Position numbers and translations under genes: made by a program. 56,047 bases of DNA, taken from sequence record SRR22947725_241; one strand, given 5' to 3'. Every line of letters starts with the position of its first letter. Position 1 is the stretch's first letter. The notes below the pieces were generated by a model that was not told where the DNA came from, searched no databases, and saw only the letters and a list, made by a program, of their open reading frames with translations. This document shows positions 1 to 9,776 of the stretch, piece after piece.

Positions 1-128
1 GCCAAACCGGAGCGGAACGCGGCGACAGGCTGTCGCATTGAAAAAGGCGTCATCGCCACGAGATGGTCAGCACCACCCACAACATGGACGGCACCAGCGG
101 CGAACCCCGTGAGGAGGCTGATCAGCAA
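1..128 (-). CDS. UreH/SodT-type nickel transporter, 5' part (runs off the window)
   Basis: Manual translation from TTG at 128: MLISLLTGFAAGAVHVVGGADHLVAMTPF. It carries the H-x5-DH metal-transporter motif and is not in the ORF track. Confidence 0.75.
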   Translation of the reverse strand, partial: MLISLLTGFAAGAVHVVGGADHLVAMTPFSMRQPVAAFRSGL

Positions 129-171
129 AAGCTCGATGCGATAGATAACAATTGTGCAGGACTGAGCGACA

Positions 172-1056
172 TCACGCCCCCACCAATGCATGAAGGGCCG
201 TTTCCACATCCTCTTGACGCATTAAGGCTTCACCCACCAACACAGCCTCAGCGCCAGCGGCCTGAACCCGATCGAGATCGGAACGCGTAAACAGGCCCGA
301 CTCGCTCACCAAAACCGTGGTCTCCAAATGCAAACGATCACGAAATTGATTCACCAACACCTCTGTGGTGGCCAGATCGGTTTCGAATGTGGCTAAGTCG
401 CGGTTGTTGATACCAATCAACGGAAAGCCTCCAATCGCGAGCACCCGCTCCAACTCAGCAGCGTCATGCACCTCAACCAACACATCCAAACCCAGGGATT
501 GGGCCACTTTGTTGAGGTAGCGAAGATCCTGATCCGTGAGGATCGCAGCGATCAAAAGCACCGCATCCGCACCAGCGGCACGCGCCTGAAAAAGCTGGTA
601 GGGACTCAGCACAAACTCTTTGCAGAGCAAGGGCAGATCAACGGTTTCACGCACCTTCACCAGCACGTCAAAACCACCCTGAAAAAACTGCTTATCGGTG
701 AGCACCGACAAGCAACTTGCCCCCCCTGCGGCATAGGCCTTCGCGATGGCCACAGGATCAAAATCATCACGAATGACCCCCTTACTTGGGCTGGCCTTTT
801 TTACCTCTGCAATCACCGCTGGCTTCACCTGAGCCCGCTTGAGTGCAGCAATGAAAGACCTCGTGGGTGGCAGCAAGCCAATTTGTTTTTTGAGCTGATC
901 TAACGGCACTTTCTCTCGTGCCAACTCCACTTCCCGGTCTTTCTCCCAAACAATTTTTTCGAGAATGTTGCGCGGCTCTTCCTCCTCATGGGGAACGCCA
1001 TACTCAAGGTATGAAACTCGAATCTTGGGACTAGGCGAACGACGACGAATCTCCAT
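172..1056 (-). CDS. trpC: Indole-3-glycerol phosphate synthase
   Basis: [26 protein letters not shown] and VSESG motifs. Confidence 0.97.
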   Translation of the reverse strand: MEIRRRSPSPKIRVSYLEYGVPHEEEEPRNILEKIVWEKDREVELAREKVPLDQLKKQIGLLPPTRSFIAALKRAQVKPAVIAEVKKASPSKGVIRDDFDPVAIAKAYAAGGASCLSVLTDKQFFQGGFDVLVKVRETVDLPLLCKEFVLSPYQLFQARAAGADAVLLIAAILTDQDLRYLNKVAQSLGLDVLVEVHDAAELERVLAIGGFPLIGINNRDLATFETDLATTEVLVNQFRDRLHLETTVLVSESGLFTRSDLDRVQAAGAEAVLVGEALMRQEDVETALHALVGA

Positions 1057-1070
1057 ACCAGTTATGCAAA

Positions 1071-1093
1071 AAGTGAAGCAAGAAGTGAAGCAA
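1071..1093. repeat. Short tandem duplication AAGTGAAGCAA, two copies at a 12-bp period
   Basis: Copies start at 1071 and 1083 in the lpdA-trpC spacer. Confidence 0.6.
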
Positions 1094-1101
1094 AACCCGA
1101 A

Positions 1102-2544
1102 TCAAGCCACCAGTTGGGAGGCAGCTTGTTTGTAAGCCACTTCCACCACCTCACTCAACGTGGGATGGGTATGCACCTCTTTTGAGAGCTGGGTCACGCT
1201 TTGACGTCGTGCCACGGCATTGGCCACTTCTTGAATCAAATCAGCGGCATGCAACCCATAAATATGGGCGCCAAGGACCTCCCCGCTGGACTTGTTGAAG
1301 AGGAGCTTCATGACACCGTCACTATCGAGTTCTGCCAACGCTTTGGAATTGGCTTTGAAGTAACTGCGTACAGCCCCCAAGGGGAAATTTTCCTGCTCAG
1401 CAAGGTTCTTCGCATCAGCTTCCGTTAGGCCAACGGAACTGATCTCTGGATGCGTGAACGTGGCCGCTGGAATGCTGCGGTAATCAATTGTTCGAGCGTG
1501 GCCAAGGATGTTGTCGACAGCCACAGTTCCCTGCGCTGCAGCCGTATGGGCCAACATCAGCTTTCCGGTGACGTCACCAACAGCCCAAAGATGGGGGATT
1601 GGTGAATCATTCACCAACACACGCATTGCATCATCAATCGGCACAAAACCACGGTTGGTTTCGATGTTTAAGCATTCGAGATTGAGCCCTTTGCTCGTGG
1701 GCACACGGCCAGTGGCCACCAACACAGCATCCACCTCCAATGTCTCGACAAATTCGCGGCTGTTGAAGTCGGCGAGTTCAATCTGTACGGGACAACCAGG
1801 CGTAACTTTTCGAGCCAACACACCAGAGCGAGCATCGATGTCACGCCCCTCAATCAAGTTGCGGCGTGCAATCTTCGCAATATCTGGATCAAATGTTGGC
1901 ATCACACGATCGAGGGCCTCGATCATTGTGACTTCACAGCCAAGGGCCGTATAAACATCGGCAAATTCCAAGCCGATATACCCACTGCCGATGATGGCAA
2001 TCCAACGGGGTAGCCACTCAAGGTTGATGGCTTCATCACTTGTGAACACCGTCCGACCATCGGTTTCGATACCAGGTGGAACGAAGGGATCAGAGCCCGT
2101 GGCCAGGATCACGTCCTTAGCGGTAAGGACACGATCGACGCCACTGGGTTCCCGCAAACCAACCCGCTGAGACCCTTCAAGACGACCATGGCCGCGAAGA
2201 ATAGTGACTCCTGAACGCTCAAGCGTTTTGGTCAGGTTGGTGCGAATCGCCTGCACCAACTGATTGGCGTGATCAGCAATTTTTTGGCGTTCAAAGCGCA
2301 CGGGCGCTGCGTGGATGCCGAAGCTCGACAAATGCTTGTCATCGGCAAGCTCACGAACCTTTCCACTGGCGGCCAGGAGTGCTTTCGACGGGACACAGCC
2401 TCGATTCACGCAGGTGCCACCCATATCGCGCGATTCGATAATCGCTGTCTTCAATCCATGGTCGGCAGCATGCTTTGCAGCATCAAAGCCTCCATAACCG
2501 GCACCGATCACAATGACGTCAAAGTCGAAGCTGGCGTCGCTCAC
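1102..2544 (-). CDS. lpdA: Dihydrolipoamide dehydrogenase
   Basis: GAGYGG FAD motif, GGTCVNRGCVP redox disulfide, HPTLSE C-terminal motif. Confidence 0.97.
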   Translation of the reverse strand: MSDASFDFDVIVIGAGYGGFDAAKHAADHGLKTAIIESRDMGGTCVNRGCVPSKALLAASGKVRELADDKHLSSFGIHAAPVRFERQKIADHANQLVQAIRTNLTKTLERSGVTILRGHGRLEGSQRVGLREPSGVDRVLTAKDVILATGSDPFVPPGIETDGRTVFTSDEAINLEWLPRWIAIIGSGYIGLEFADVYTALGCEVTMIEALDRVMPTFDPDIAKIARRNLIEGRDIDARSGVLARKVTPGCPVQIELADFNSREFVETLEVDAVLVATGRVPTSKGLNLECLNIETNRGFVPIDDAMRVLVNDSPIPHLWAVGDVTGKLMLAHTAAAQGTVAVDNILGHARTIDYRSIPAATFTHPEISSVGLTEADAKNLAEQENFPLGAVRSYFKANSKALAELDSDGVMKLLFNKSSGEVLGAHIYGLHAADLIQEVANAVARRQSVTQLSKEVHTHPTLSEVVEVAYKQAASQLVA

Positions 2545-2549
2545 CCGAA

Positions 2550-3389
2550 CTACTGCTGTGTACCTCCCATTCTCGCCCTTCGGCGCTCCAAAAGAAGCGG
2601 AACCGCAGCAGCCGCCACATTTAACGACTCAACCCTTGATCCATGCGGGAGGGTGACGGCATGGGTGCAGCAGGCTTGTAGGCGTGGATCAAGACCAGCG
2701 CCCTCGTTGCCAAGTACCAACGCGGTGGGCTTACTCCAATCCAACTCCCAATAAGGAATCGGACGTAGCGGACCCGTCGCATCCGGTACCAAGGTGGCTA
2801 CCACCTGGATCCCTTGGTCCACCAGACGTCTCAAGGCTTGATCAAGATCGTCGATCGCCTGTTTTTCCTCAGGGCCAAAGCGGAGATGGGGCAGTTGCAA
2901 CAGCGCCCCTGCCGATGCTCTTAAGGCCTTTCCCCCCAACGGATCCACCCCAGATCCCATCCAAACGCTTTGCACATCAGCAGCCAAAGCGGTGCGCAGC
3001 AGGGATCCAAGGTTTCCAGGATCCTGAATTCGGTCCAAGACCAACCAAAAATCACATGTTTTGGGTGGTTCCGGCAGCAGTGACAATCGGCAAAGACAAG
3101 CCACACCATCGGGAGTCACGGTAGTGAGAGCAGCCCCCAAAACCTCTTCGGTGACACGTCGCCCAACAACAGAGGCATCCAACGCCTGGACCAGATCGGT
3201 ATGGCGGTCCAACCAAGCCTCCGTGGCGATGACCTCGGTGGGCTGTCCACCCATCACCAACAACTCTTGAAGCAGATGGGTGCCTTCGAGAAGAAGCAGC
3301 CCCGCTTCTTGGCGACCAACCCGAGACGACAGCGTGCGCAGACGCTTGACCAACGGATTACGCCGGCTGCTGATCAACGGATCCGACAA
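2550..3389 (-). CDS. TrmH/SpoU family RNA methyltransferase
   Basis: DRIQDPGNLGSLLR, LGNEGAGL and ESLNVAAA SPOUT motifs. Confidence 0.92.
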   Translation of the reverse strand: MSDPLISSRRNPLVKRLRTLSSRVGRQEAGLLLLEGTHLLQELLVMGGQPTEVIATEAWLDRHTDLVQALDASVVGRRVTEEVLGAALTTVTPDGVACLCRLSLLPEPPKTCDFWLVLDRIQDPGNLGSLLRTALAADVQSVWMGSGVDPLGGKALRASAGALLQLPHLRFGPEEKQAIDDLDQALRRLVDQGIQVVATLVPDATGPLRPIPYWELDWSKPTALVLGNEGAGLDPRLQACCTHAVTLPHGSRVESLNVAAAAVPLLLERRRARMGGTQQ

Positions 3390-3409
3390 AATTCTCGAGA
3401 ACTCCGCCT

Positions 3410-3658
3410 CTAAAAGGTGATGTGCTTGCGGACTTTGAGGCCTTTGTGCACACTCAGATCTTCGCCTTGAAGCTCAAGACCGTTAATCGCTGCAACTTCA
3501 CCTTGTAATCCCTCGGCAGCCAAATTTTCGATCAATTTTTTAATAACCTGGTCTTCCACCGTGGTTTGGTCGATGGAATCAGGGGTGAGACGCTCCAAAA
3601 ACCGGCCGACCTTTGAAGCCACAACTTCCGAAGCGTTAGAGATCTTCAGGACAATCAT
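3410..3658 (-). CDS. Conserved hypothetical protein (82 aa)
   Basis: Start moved to ATG 3658 (MIVLKISNASEVV), because the longer ORF runs into tRNA-Leu. Confidence 0.7.
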   Translation of the reverse strand: MIVLKISNASEVVASKVGRFLERLTPDSIDQTTVEDQVIKKLIENLAAEGLQGEVAAINGLELQGEDLSVHKGLKVRKHITF

Positions 3659-3692
3659 GGTTGAAAATGTGTTGTTCGCATCGTAAAAGCAG

Positions 3693-3776
3693 TGCGGATA
3701 GGGAGACTTGAACTCCCACGATGTTGCCACCACTAGTACCTGAAACTAGCGCGTCTACCAATTCCGCCACATCCGC
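3693..3776 (-). tRNA. tRNA-Leu(CAG)
   Basis: Reverse complement GCGGATGTGGCGGAATTGGTAGACGCG...; anticodon arm CTAGT-TTCAGGT-ACTAG; long variable arm; GTTCAAGTC T-loop. Confidence 0.97.
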
Positions 3777-3811
3777 AGGCGTTGTCGTTTTAGCGACCGG
3801 ATGACCTTACG

Positions 3812-3837
3812 GCATCGACTCACCGCATCGACTCACC
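3812..3837. repeat. Perfect 13-bp tandem duplication (GCATCGACTCACC x2)
   Basis: Visible in the divergent tRNA-Leu/murA spacer. Confidence 0.8.
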
Positions 3838-3945
3838 GAAAACTGCCAGCACAGCTTTAAGCCATCAATCCAGTTTGAACGCCGGCTCTCTAGACGGTCT
3901 CAGCCACAATTGCGATTATGCGCAAATCGTGAGTGCTTAAAAGAC

Positions 3946-5247
3946 ATGGCGGTGGGTGTAATTACATCTCAAGAGAGCGTCACCCAGCGCCTGAAAGTCA
4001 CAGGCGGCCAACGTCTAAGTGGAACGTTGACAGTGAGCGGTGCGAAGAACTCGGCCCTTGTGTTGATGACTGCAAGTCTTCTAACCAGTGAAACGGTTGA
4101 ATTAGTCAATGTTCCAGACCTGACTGATATTCAAGGGATGGGCGACATTTTGGGTGCCCTGGGTGTGCAGGTGGAGCGAAGTGACAGTCGCGTGTCTCTG
4201 ACAGCAGCACAGCTCACCAATGCAGAACCTCCCTACGAACTCGTCAATAGCCTTCGCGCCAGCTTTTTCAGCATTGGATCCCTCCTTGGTCGAATGGGTC
4301 ATGCCAAGGTTCCGCTCCCCGGTGGTTGCCGGATTGGAGCCAGGCCAGTCGTCGAACACATCCGCGGTCTTAAAGCCCTTGGTGCCGTCGTCAGCGTCCA
4401 ACACGGGATTGTGACGGCCTCAGCGAAGGGGACCAACCGGCGACTTAAGGGAGCTGCCATTGTTTTGGATTGCCCCAGCGTGGGCGCTACAGAAACAATT
4501 TTGATGGCCGCCGTCTTAGCAGAAGGCACCACCACAATCGAAAATGCTGCCCAAGAGCCCGAGGTTCAAGACCTGGCCAACCTGCTGAATGTGATGGGGG
4601 CCAAGGTGACGGGTGCAGGGGGTCCAATCATCACGATTGAGGGAGTGCAGTCACTCCACGGCTGCCGCGGTTACGCCGTTATTCCTGACCGCATCGAAGC
4701 CGGCACCTTTCTCATGGCTGCTGCAATTACCCGTTCCAACATGTGTGTGGAGCCAGTTGTACCCGAGCACATGAATGCTGTTCTTCAAAAATTGCGTGAT
4801 TGCGGTTGCTCCCTCGAGATCACAGGCAGAAGCATCCAAATCACCCCTGGTGAAATCGTCGCAACAGACATCACAACGCAACCATTTCCAGGCTTCCCCA
4901 CCGACCTCCAGGCTCCATTCATGGCCCTGATGTCAACGGCGAAAGGCACAAGCGTGATCAGTGAAAAAATCTATGAAAATCGGCTTCAGCACGTCGCTGA
5001 GCTTCAACGCATGGGGGCCGCTATTCGGGTTGATGGCAGCACGGCCATCGTTGAAGGTGTGTCGACCCTCAGCGGTGCACCAGTAACCGGCAGCGATCTT
5101 CGAGCCGCCGCGGCGATGGTGCTGGCGGGGTTATCAGCAACCGGCACCACTCAGGTGTCTGGTTTGACCCACCTGGACCGTGGCTACGACAACGTTGAAG
5201 CAAAGCTTCGCGGTGTGGGAGCAACTGTTGAACGCGACGGTTTCTAA
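3946..5247 (+). CDS. murA: UDP-N-acetylglucosamine 1-carboxyvinyltransferase
   Basis: SGAKNSAL, LPGGCRIGARP (catalytic Cys), PGFPTDLQ, HLDRGY; ATG 3946 chosen as start. Confidence 0.97.
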   Translation: MAVGVITSQESVTQRLKVTGGQRLSGTLTVSGAKNSALVLMTASLLTSETVELVNVPDLTDIQGMGDILGALGVQVERSDSRVSLTAAQLTNAEPPYELVNSLRASFFSIGSLLGRMGHAKVPLPGGCRIGARPVVEHIRGLKALGAVVSVQHGIVTASAKGTNRRLKGAAIVLDCPSVGATETILMAAVLAEGTTTIENAAQEPEVQDLANLLNVMGAKVTGAGGPIITIEGVQSLHGCRGYAVIPDRIEAGTFLMAAAITRSNMCVEPVVPEHMNAVLQKLRDCGCSLEITGRSIQITPGEIVATDITTQPFPGFPTDLQAPFMALMSTAKGTSVISEKIYENRLQHVAELQRMGAAIRVDGSTAIVEGVSTLSGAPVTGSDLRAAAAMVLAGLSATGTTQVSGLTHLDRGYDNVEAKLRGVGATVERDGF

Positions 5248-5300
5248 ACCAGTCCGTTCAATTCCTAAAAAGGGGACATCAGTCCATACAATTGCTTTGC

Positions 5301-5382
5301 GGGAGCATGGCGGAATTGGTAGACGCAGTGCACTCAAAATGCACCGACTTCGGTCATCTCGGTTCAAGTCCGAGTGCTCCCA
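5301..5382 (+). tRNA. tRNA-Leu(CAA)
   Basis: GGGAGCA/TGCTCCC acceptor stem; anticodon arm GTGCA-CTCAAAA-TGCAC; GTTCAAGTC T-loop. Confidence 0.97.
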
Positions 5383-5390
5383 CTGCAATC

Positions 5391-6575
5391 ATGGGCACCT
5401 ACAACCGTTATCCGCTGACGTTGGTTAGCGGACGCGGCTGTTGGCTTCGCGACCATCGTGGACATCGTTATTTGGATGCGGTCGCGGGAATCGCCACCTG
5501 CACACTGGGCCATAGCGACAGAGTCATGCGTCGTGCGCTGAAAGATCAGCTCAATCGACTGCAGCACGTTTCCAACCTTTATCAAATCCCCGAGCAAGAA
5601 CAGCTGGCCCGCTGGCTGGTGAACAACAGCTGCACGGATAGCGTTTTTTTCTGCAACTCCGGTGCTGAAGCCAATGAAGCGGCCATCAAGCTGGCTCGCA
5701 AGCACGGCCATCAACGCCTCGGCATTGAACGCCCCGTCATCCTTACGGCAGCGGCCAGTTTTCATGGCCGAACCTTGGCAGCCGTCAGCGCCACGGGTCA
5801 GCCGAGATATCACAAGGGTTTTGAACCGATGGTCGAAGGCTTCGAAACCTTCGAATACAACAATCTCGCCAGCTTCGAAGCCCTTCTCACTCGCTTGGAA
5901 GCCAATGGACCAAGGGTGTCTGCTGTCTTAATCGAGCCGCTTCAAGGGGAAGGGGGAGTTATTCCTGGGGATCCCGCCATCTTTCAAGCGATCCGGCGCC
6001 ATTGCAGCGAGAGGGGGATCCTGCTGATTTTCGACGAAGTGCAAGTGGGCATGGGCCGTAGCGGCCAGCTGTGGGGCTACGAACAACTCGGGGTCACCCC
6101 TGATGCCATCACCTTGGCGAAAGGCCTTGGCGGTGGACATGCCATCGGTGCCTTACTCGTGAGCGAACGAGCCGACCTTTTTGAACCCGGCGACCACGCC
6201 AGCACCTTTGGCGGTAATCCTTTTGCCTGCCGAGCGGGTCTCACCGTGGCGAAGGAACTGGAACGGCGCCATTTGCTCCGCAATGTGCGCGAGCGTGGTG
6301 AGCAGCTACGCCAAGGACTTGAAAGCCTGGTCGAACGCTTTCCCAACGTGCTGCAACAGGCCAGAGGCTGGGGACTTCTGCAAGGACTCGTGCTTCGAGA
6401 CGATTGCGATCTGAATGCCGCAGCTGTTGTAAAGGCTGCTCTCGATCAAAAACTGCTGATTGTTCCTGCAGGGCCGAAAGTTGTCCGCATGGTGCCTGCA
6501 CTTGTGATCTCCCGTCGAGACGTCGCTGCCCTCCTCACCCGCTTGGAGCGCACACTTCAACTGCTTCAGGCGTGA
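5391..6575 (+). CDS. argD: Acetylornithine aminotransferase
   Basis: Class III aminotransferase motifs NSGAEANEAAIKLAR, SFHGRT, FDEVQVG, TLAKGLGGG, HASTFGGN; start placed after the tRNA. Confidence 0.94.
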   Translation: MGTYNRYPLTLVSGRGCWLRDHRGHRYLDAVAGIATCTLGHSDRVMRRALKDQLNRLQHVSNLYQIPEQEQLARWLVNNSCTDSVFFCNSGAEANEAAIKLARKHGHQRLGIERPVILTAAASFHGRTLAAVSATGQPRYHKGFEPMVEGFETFEYNNLASFEALLTRLEANGPRVSAVLIEPLQGEGGVIPGDPAIFQAIRRHCSERGILLIFDEVQVGMGRSGQLWGYEQLGVTPDAITLAKGLGGGHAIGALLVSERADLFEPGDHASTFGGNPFACRAGLTVAKELERRHLLRNVRERGEQLRQGLESLVERFPNVLQQARGWGLLQGLVLRDDCDLNAAAVVKAALDQKLLIVPAGPKVVRMVPALVISRRDVAALLTRLERTLQLLQA

Positions 6576-7819
6576 CGCAATCCCAGGACGCTGCGCTGCA
6601 CCGCCTGATTCAGCGCCTTCTGCCACCGTTCGAGCAACGGGGCATGGATCTATCCCTCGATCGCATGCATCGCGTTCTCTCAGCATTGGGGGATCCTTGC
6701 GGCAATACGCCCGCCGTCCAGGTTGTTGGAACCAATGGGAAAGGGTCCATCGCTTGCATGATCCACAGCGGTTTATCCGCAGCTGGCCTTCGGTCTGGCC
6801 TCACCACTTCACCCCACCTGGTGAGCTGGTGCGAGCGGATTTCTATCAATCAAGCCCAGATCACGATGGTTGAGCTACAACAGCGATTACAGGCGCTGGA
6901 ACCGTTCGCGGAACGACATCACCTCACTACATTTGAGCGGTTGATCACCGCAGCGTTTCTGCACTTCGAAGCCAACGACGTGGATTGGTTGGTGCTTGAG
7001 GCAGGACTCGGTGGACGCCTCGATGCCACCACAGCCCACCCCAAACGTCCGTTAATTGCCGTGGGGTCGATTGGCATTGATCACCGCGAACATCTTGGAG
7101 ACACGCTGACGGCCATCAGCCGAGAAAAAGCTGCTGCCATCACCCCCGGCGCCCACGTGATCAGTGCCGCGCAGTTTGATCCTGTGCGTGCTGTTTTGGA
7201 GGAGCACACACGAACGATGGGGGCAACCCTCGAGTGGGTTGAGCCGCTACCCGACGATTGGGAGCTTGGATTAGCGGGAACCCTGCAACGACGCAACGGG
7301 GCCGTTGCCCGCGGCGCTCTCCAACACATCGGCAGGTTGGGCTCCACAATTTCTGATCAATCCATCCGCCAAGGGCTCGCCAAGGCCCATTGGCCCGGTC
7401 GCCTCCAAACGGTGCTGTGGAGAGGGCAACCGATCCGCCTCGACGGAGCCCATAACCCTGCTGCCGCGGCCCAGTTAGCCCAAGAGCGTCGTTGCTGGTG
7501 CGATCCCCAACAGGCTCAAATCTGGATTTTGGGCATTCAATCCCACAAACAGGCCCCCGAGATGCTGCAGCTCTTGCTGGAACCCAACGACTTTGCCTGG
7601 GTCATCCCCGTGCCAGGACACCAAAGTTGGAGCCTGGATCGTCTCTCTGAAGCTTGTCCACAACATGCCCATCAAATGGGGCACGCCAATGACGCTGTGG
7701 CGGTGCTGAGTGGGCTGGCCTCTGCGCCTGGAGCTTGGCCCACTCCATCTCCACTCATTGCTGGGTCGCTTTATCTGCTCGGAGAATTGATGGCCCAACG
7801 GATTTTTGAGGCAGAGTGA
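6572..7819 (+). CDS. folC: Folylpolyglutamate/dihydrofolate synthase
   Basis: VGTNGKGS, TSPHL, EAGLGGRLDAT, WPGR, DGAHN; GTG start overlaps the argD stop. Confidence 0.95.
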   Translation: MTQSQDAALHRLIQRLLPPFEQRGMDLSLDRMHRVLSALGDPCGNTPAVQVVGTNGKGSIACMIHSGLSAAGLRSGLTTSPHLVSWCERISINQAQITMVELQQRLQALEPFAERHHLTTFERLITAAFLHFEANDVDWLVLEAGLGGRLDATTAHPKRPLIAVGSIGIDHREHLGDTLTAISREKAAAITPGAHVISAAQFDPVRAVLEEHTRTMGATLEWVEPLPDDWELGLAGTLQRRNGAVARGALQHIGRLGSTISDQSIRQGLAKAHWPGRLQTVLWRGQPIRLDGAHNPAAAAQLAQERRCWCDPQQAQIWILGIQSHKQAPEMLQLLLEPNDFAWVIPVPGHQSWSLDRLSEACPQHAHQMGHANDAVAVLSGLASAPGAWPTPSPLIAGSLYLLGELMAQRIFEAE

Positions 7820-8376
7820 ATCGGGTTATGGACCAATCCGTGATGCGCCATTCGTTTTTGCGAGCAGCGGTGGCCGTAGTGCTCATGGTGTGTCTTTGGG
7901 TGTGGCCCAGCGCCGCCACCGCTCTCGACACCTCCGCCGGCTTTGGGTTGCAAGATCGCGCCCTGTTCCAGGAAAAAGTCGACTACACACTCACCAACCA
8001 AAGCAACGGGGATTTTCGAGGTCAAAACTTGGCCAATACATCGTTTGCCGGAGCCACAGGGCGAGGGGCTGATTTTCGCGATGCCAACCTCAACGGAGCG
8101 ATCCTCACGCAGGGAGCTTTTGCTGAAGCGGATTTCCGAGGGGCCGACCTCTCCGATGCCCTGATGGACCGTGCCGATTTCGTGGCCTCTGATCTGCGGG
8201 ATGCCCTACTGATAGGGGTGATTGCTTCAGGCAGCAGTTTCAGCAAAGCCCTGATTGAAGGGGCCGATTTCAGTGATGCCTTGCTGGATCGTGATGACCA
8301 GCGACGTCTCTGCCGCGAAGCCGATGGCATTAACCCAACCACCGGTGTATCCACCTTCGACAGCTTGGGGTGTTGA
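7816..8376 (+). CDS. Exported pentapeptide-repeat protein
   Basis: Signal-peptide-like N-terminus, A(D/N)(F/L)xx repeats, C-terminal Cys pair; exact start uncertain. Confidence 0.9.
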   Translation: MNRVMDQSVMRHSFLRAAVAVVLMVCLWVWPSAATALDTSAGFGLQDRALFQEKVDYTLTNQSNGDFRGQNLANTSFAGATGRGADFRDANLNGAILTQGAFAEADFRGADLSDALMDRADFVASDLRDALLIGVIASGSSFSKALIEGADFSDALLDRDDQRRLCREADGINPTTGVSTFDSLGC

Positions 8377-8383
8377 ATTTCCT

Positions 8384-9742
8384 TCAACTGTTTTCCACAC
8401 GCTCGAGCCAACCCCGAAGCTTGCCGGGGTTCATCAAACCAGCGGGATCAAAGCGTTGTTTAGCGGCGACTTGATCACCATCCACAACGCCAAGCCCCCC
8501 ATCTTCCACGGTGATCACATGGGGGTTAAACACCACGGCTCCATGGGCACGACAGTCGTCCATCAGCTGCTCCAACAACGCAGCGCCACGCCAACGCACC
8601 AGAGGTAATGCAGCCACACGCACTGAACCTTGCTGCTTGACAAGCTCCAGGTGCCAAAGCAAATCATCGCCCCATTGGTTCCGAAGCGCCTGCATGGCGG
8701 GCAGTTCAGGTTGGGGCAACAGCATTTGCAGATACGTCCAGCCCGGCTCCGAAGCCCGCATATGCAATGTGGTGTGGTTCCAACTCAGTTCCCGTAAACC
8801 ATTGCCGCCGCTGAGATCCTCCGCTCCAAGATCATGCAGATCAGCTCCGGCATCCGCGGCCAACCGTTTCAGGCTGGCGATGCCATCAGGGGCCACCAAC
8901 AACAACAACCTGTGTTGACCCATGGCCGGGCCACTCCAGCCGGGCAAGCGTTCCAAAACTGAGGCTTCCAACGCCGTCGCGAGCTGCAGCGCTACAGCGG
9001 AACGGCCACAGGCCAACAACAACGCCACGGCATTGGCCCAATCTCTGCAGTCGATACAGACCTGATGCCAGTTCACCGCAGGGGCCGTGGACAACGTCAG
9101 CGCTGTGATGATCCCATTCGTTCCATAGGAATGGTTCAGTGCTTCCGCCTCGATTTCATCCAATTGACGGCAATGGGCATCCGTCCTGATGGGCACAACC
9201 TCCAGCCCCAACAGGTGACCTGGATCGCGGAGAAATCCCCAGCGAATTGAACCAATCCCCCCCGACCCCCCAGCCACAAATCCACCCACCGTTGCGCTGC
9301 GCCACGTGCTGGGGAGCAAGCGCAGCTGCCGCCCATGGCAGCGCAGCTCCTGATCCAACTGACTCATCAGGCAACCCGGCTCCACCGTGACAACACCCGT
9401 GGATGGATCAATACTGCGAATGCGCTGTAAGCCTGTGGTGAGCATTACCACCCCACCCTCGAGGGGGACGCATTGCCCGTAATTCCCAGTGCCAGAACCC
9501 CGCACGGTGAGAGGGACCCCATGTCTTGCACACGCTGCTGCCAACTGCTCGACGGCGGCAACCGACGTAGGACGAGACACCAACTGCGCTCGAGCCCCCT
9601 CCAACTTGGGACTCAGCACAGGTGAATAGTCGTAGGCATCCCGTGAACAACGCACCAACTGGCCAGGGTCATCCAGTAGGTCCAGTTCAGGAACACTGGC
9701 CAAATCCTGCCTTAGAGCGAGAAGCGCCTCTGAGCGAGTCAT
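8384..9742 (-). CDS. FAD-binding oxidoreductase (GlcD/VAO-like)
   Basis: RGSGTGNYGQ, ATVGGFVAGG, FDPAGLMNPGKL. Confidence 0.88.
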   Translation of the reverse strand: MTRSEALLALRQDLASVPELDLLDDPGQLVRCSRDAYDYSPVLSPKLEGARAQLVSRPTSVAAVEQLAAACARHGVPLTVRGSGTGNYGQCVPLEGGVVMLTTGLQRIRSIDPSTGVVTVEPGCLMSQLDQELRCHGRQLRLLPSTWRSATVGGFVAGGSGGIGSIRWGFLRDPGHLLGLEVVPIRTDAHCRQLDEIEAEALNHSYGTNGIITALTLSTAPAVNWHQVCIDCRDWANAVALLLACGRSAVALQLATALEASVLERLPGWSGPAMGQHRLLLLVAPDGIASLKRLAADAGADLHDLGAEDLSGGNGLRELSWNHTTLHMRASEPGWTYLQMLLPQPELPAMQALRNQWGDDLLWHLELVKQQGSVRVAALPLVRWRGAALLEQLMDDCRAHGAVVFNPHVITVEDGGLGVVDGDQVAAKQRFDPAGLMNPGKLRGWLERVENS

Positions 9743-9776
9743 AGCTGCAGACAGTTCTTACAAACGGGTCTAACCG

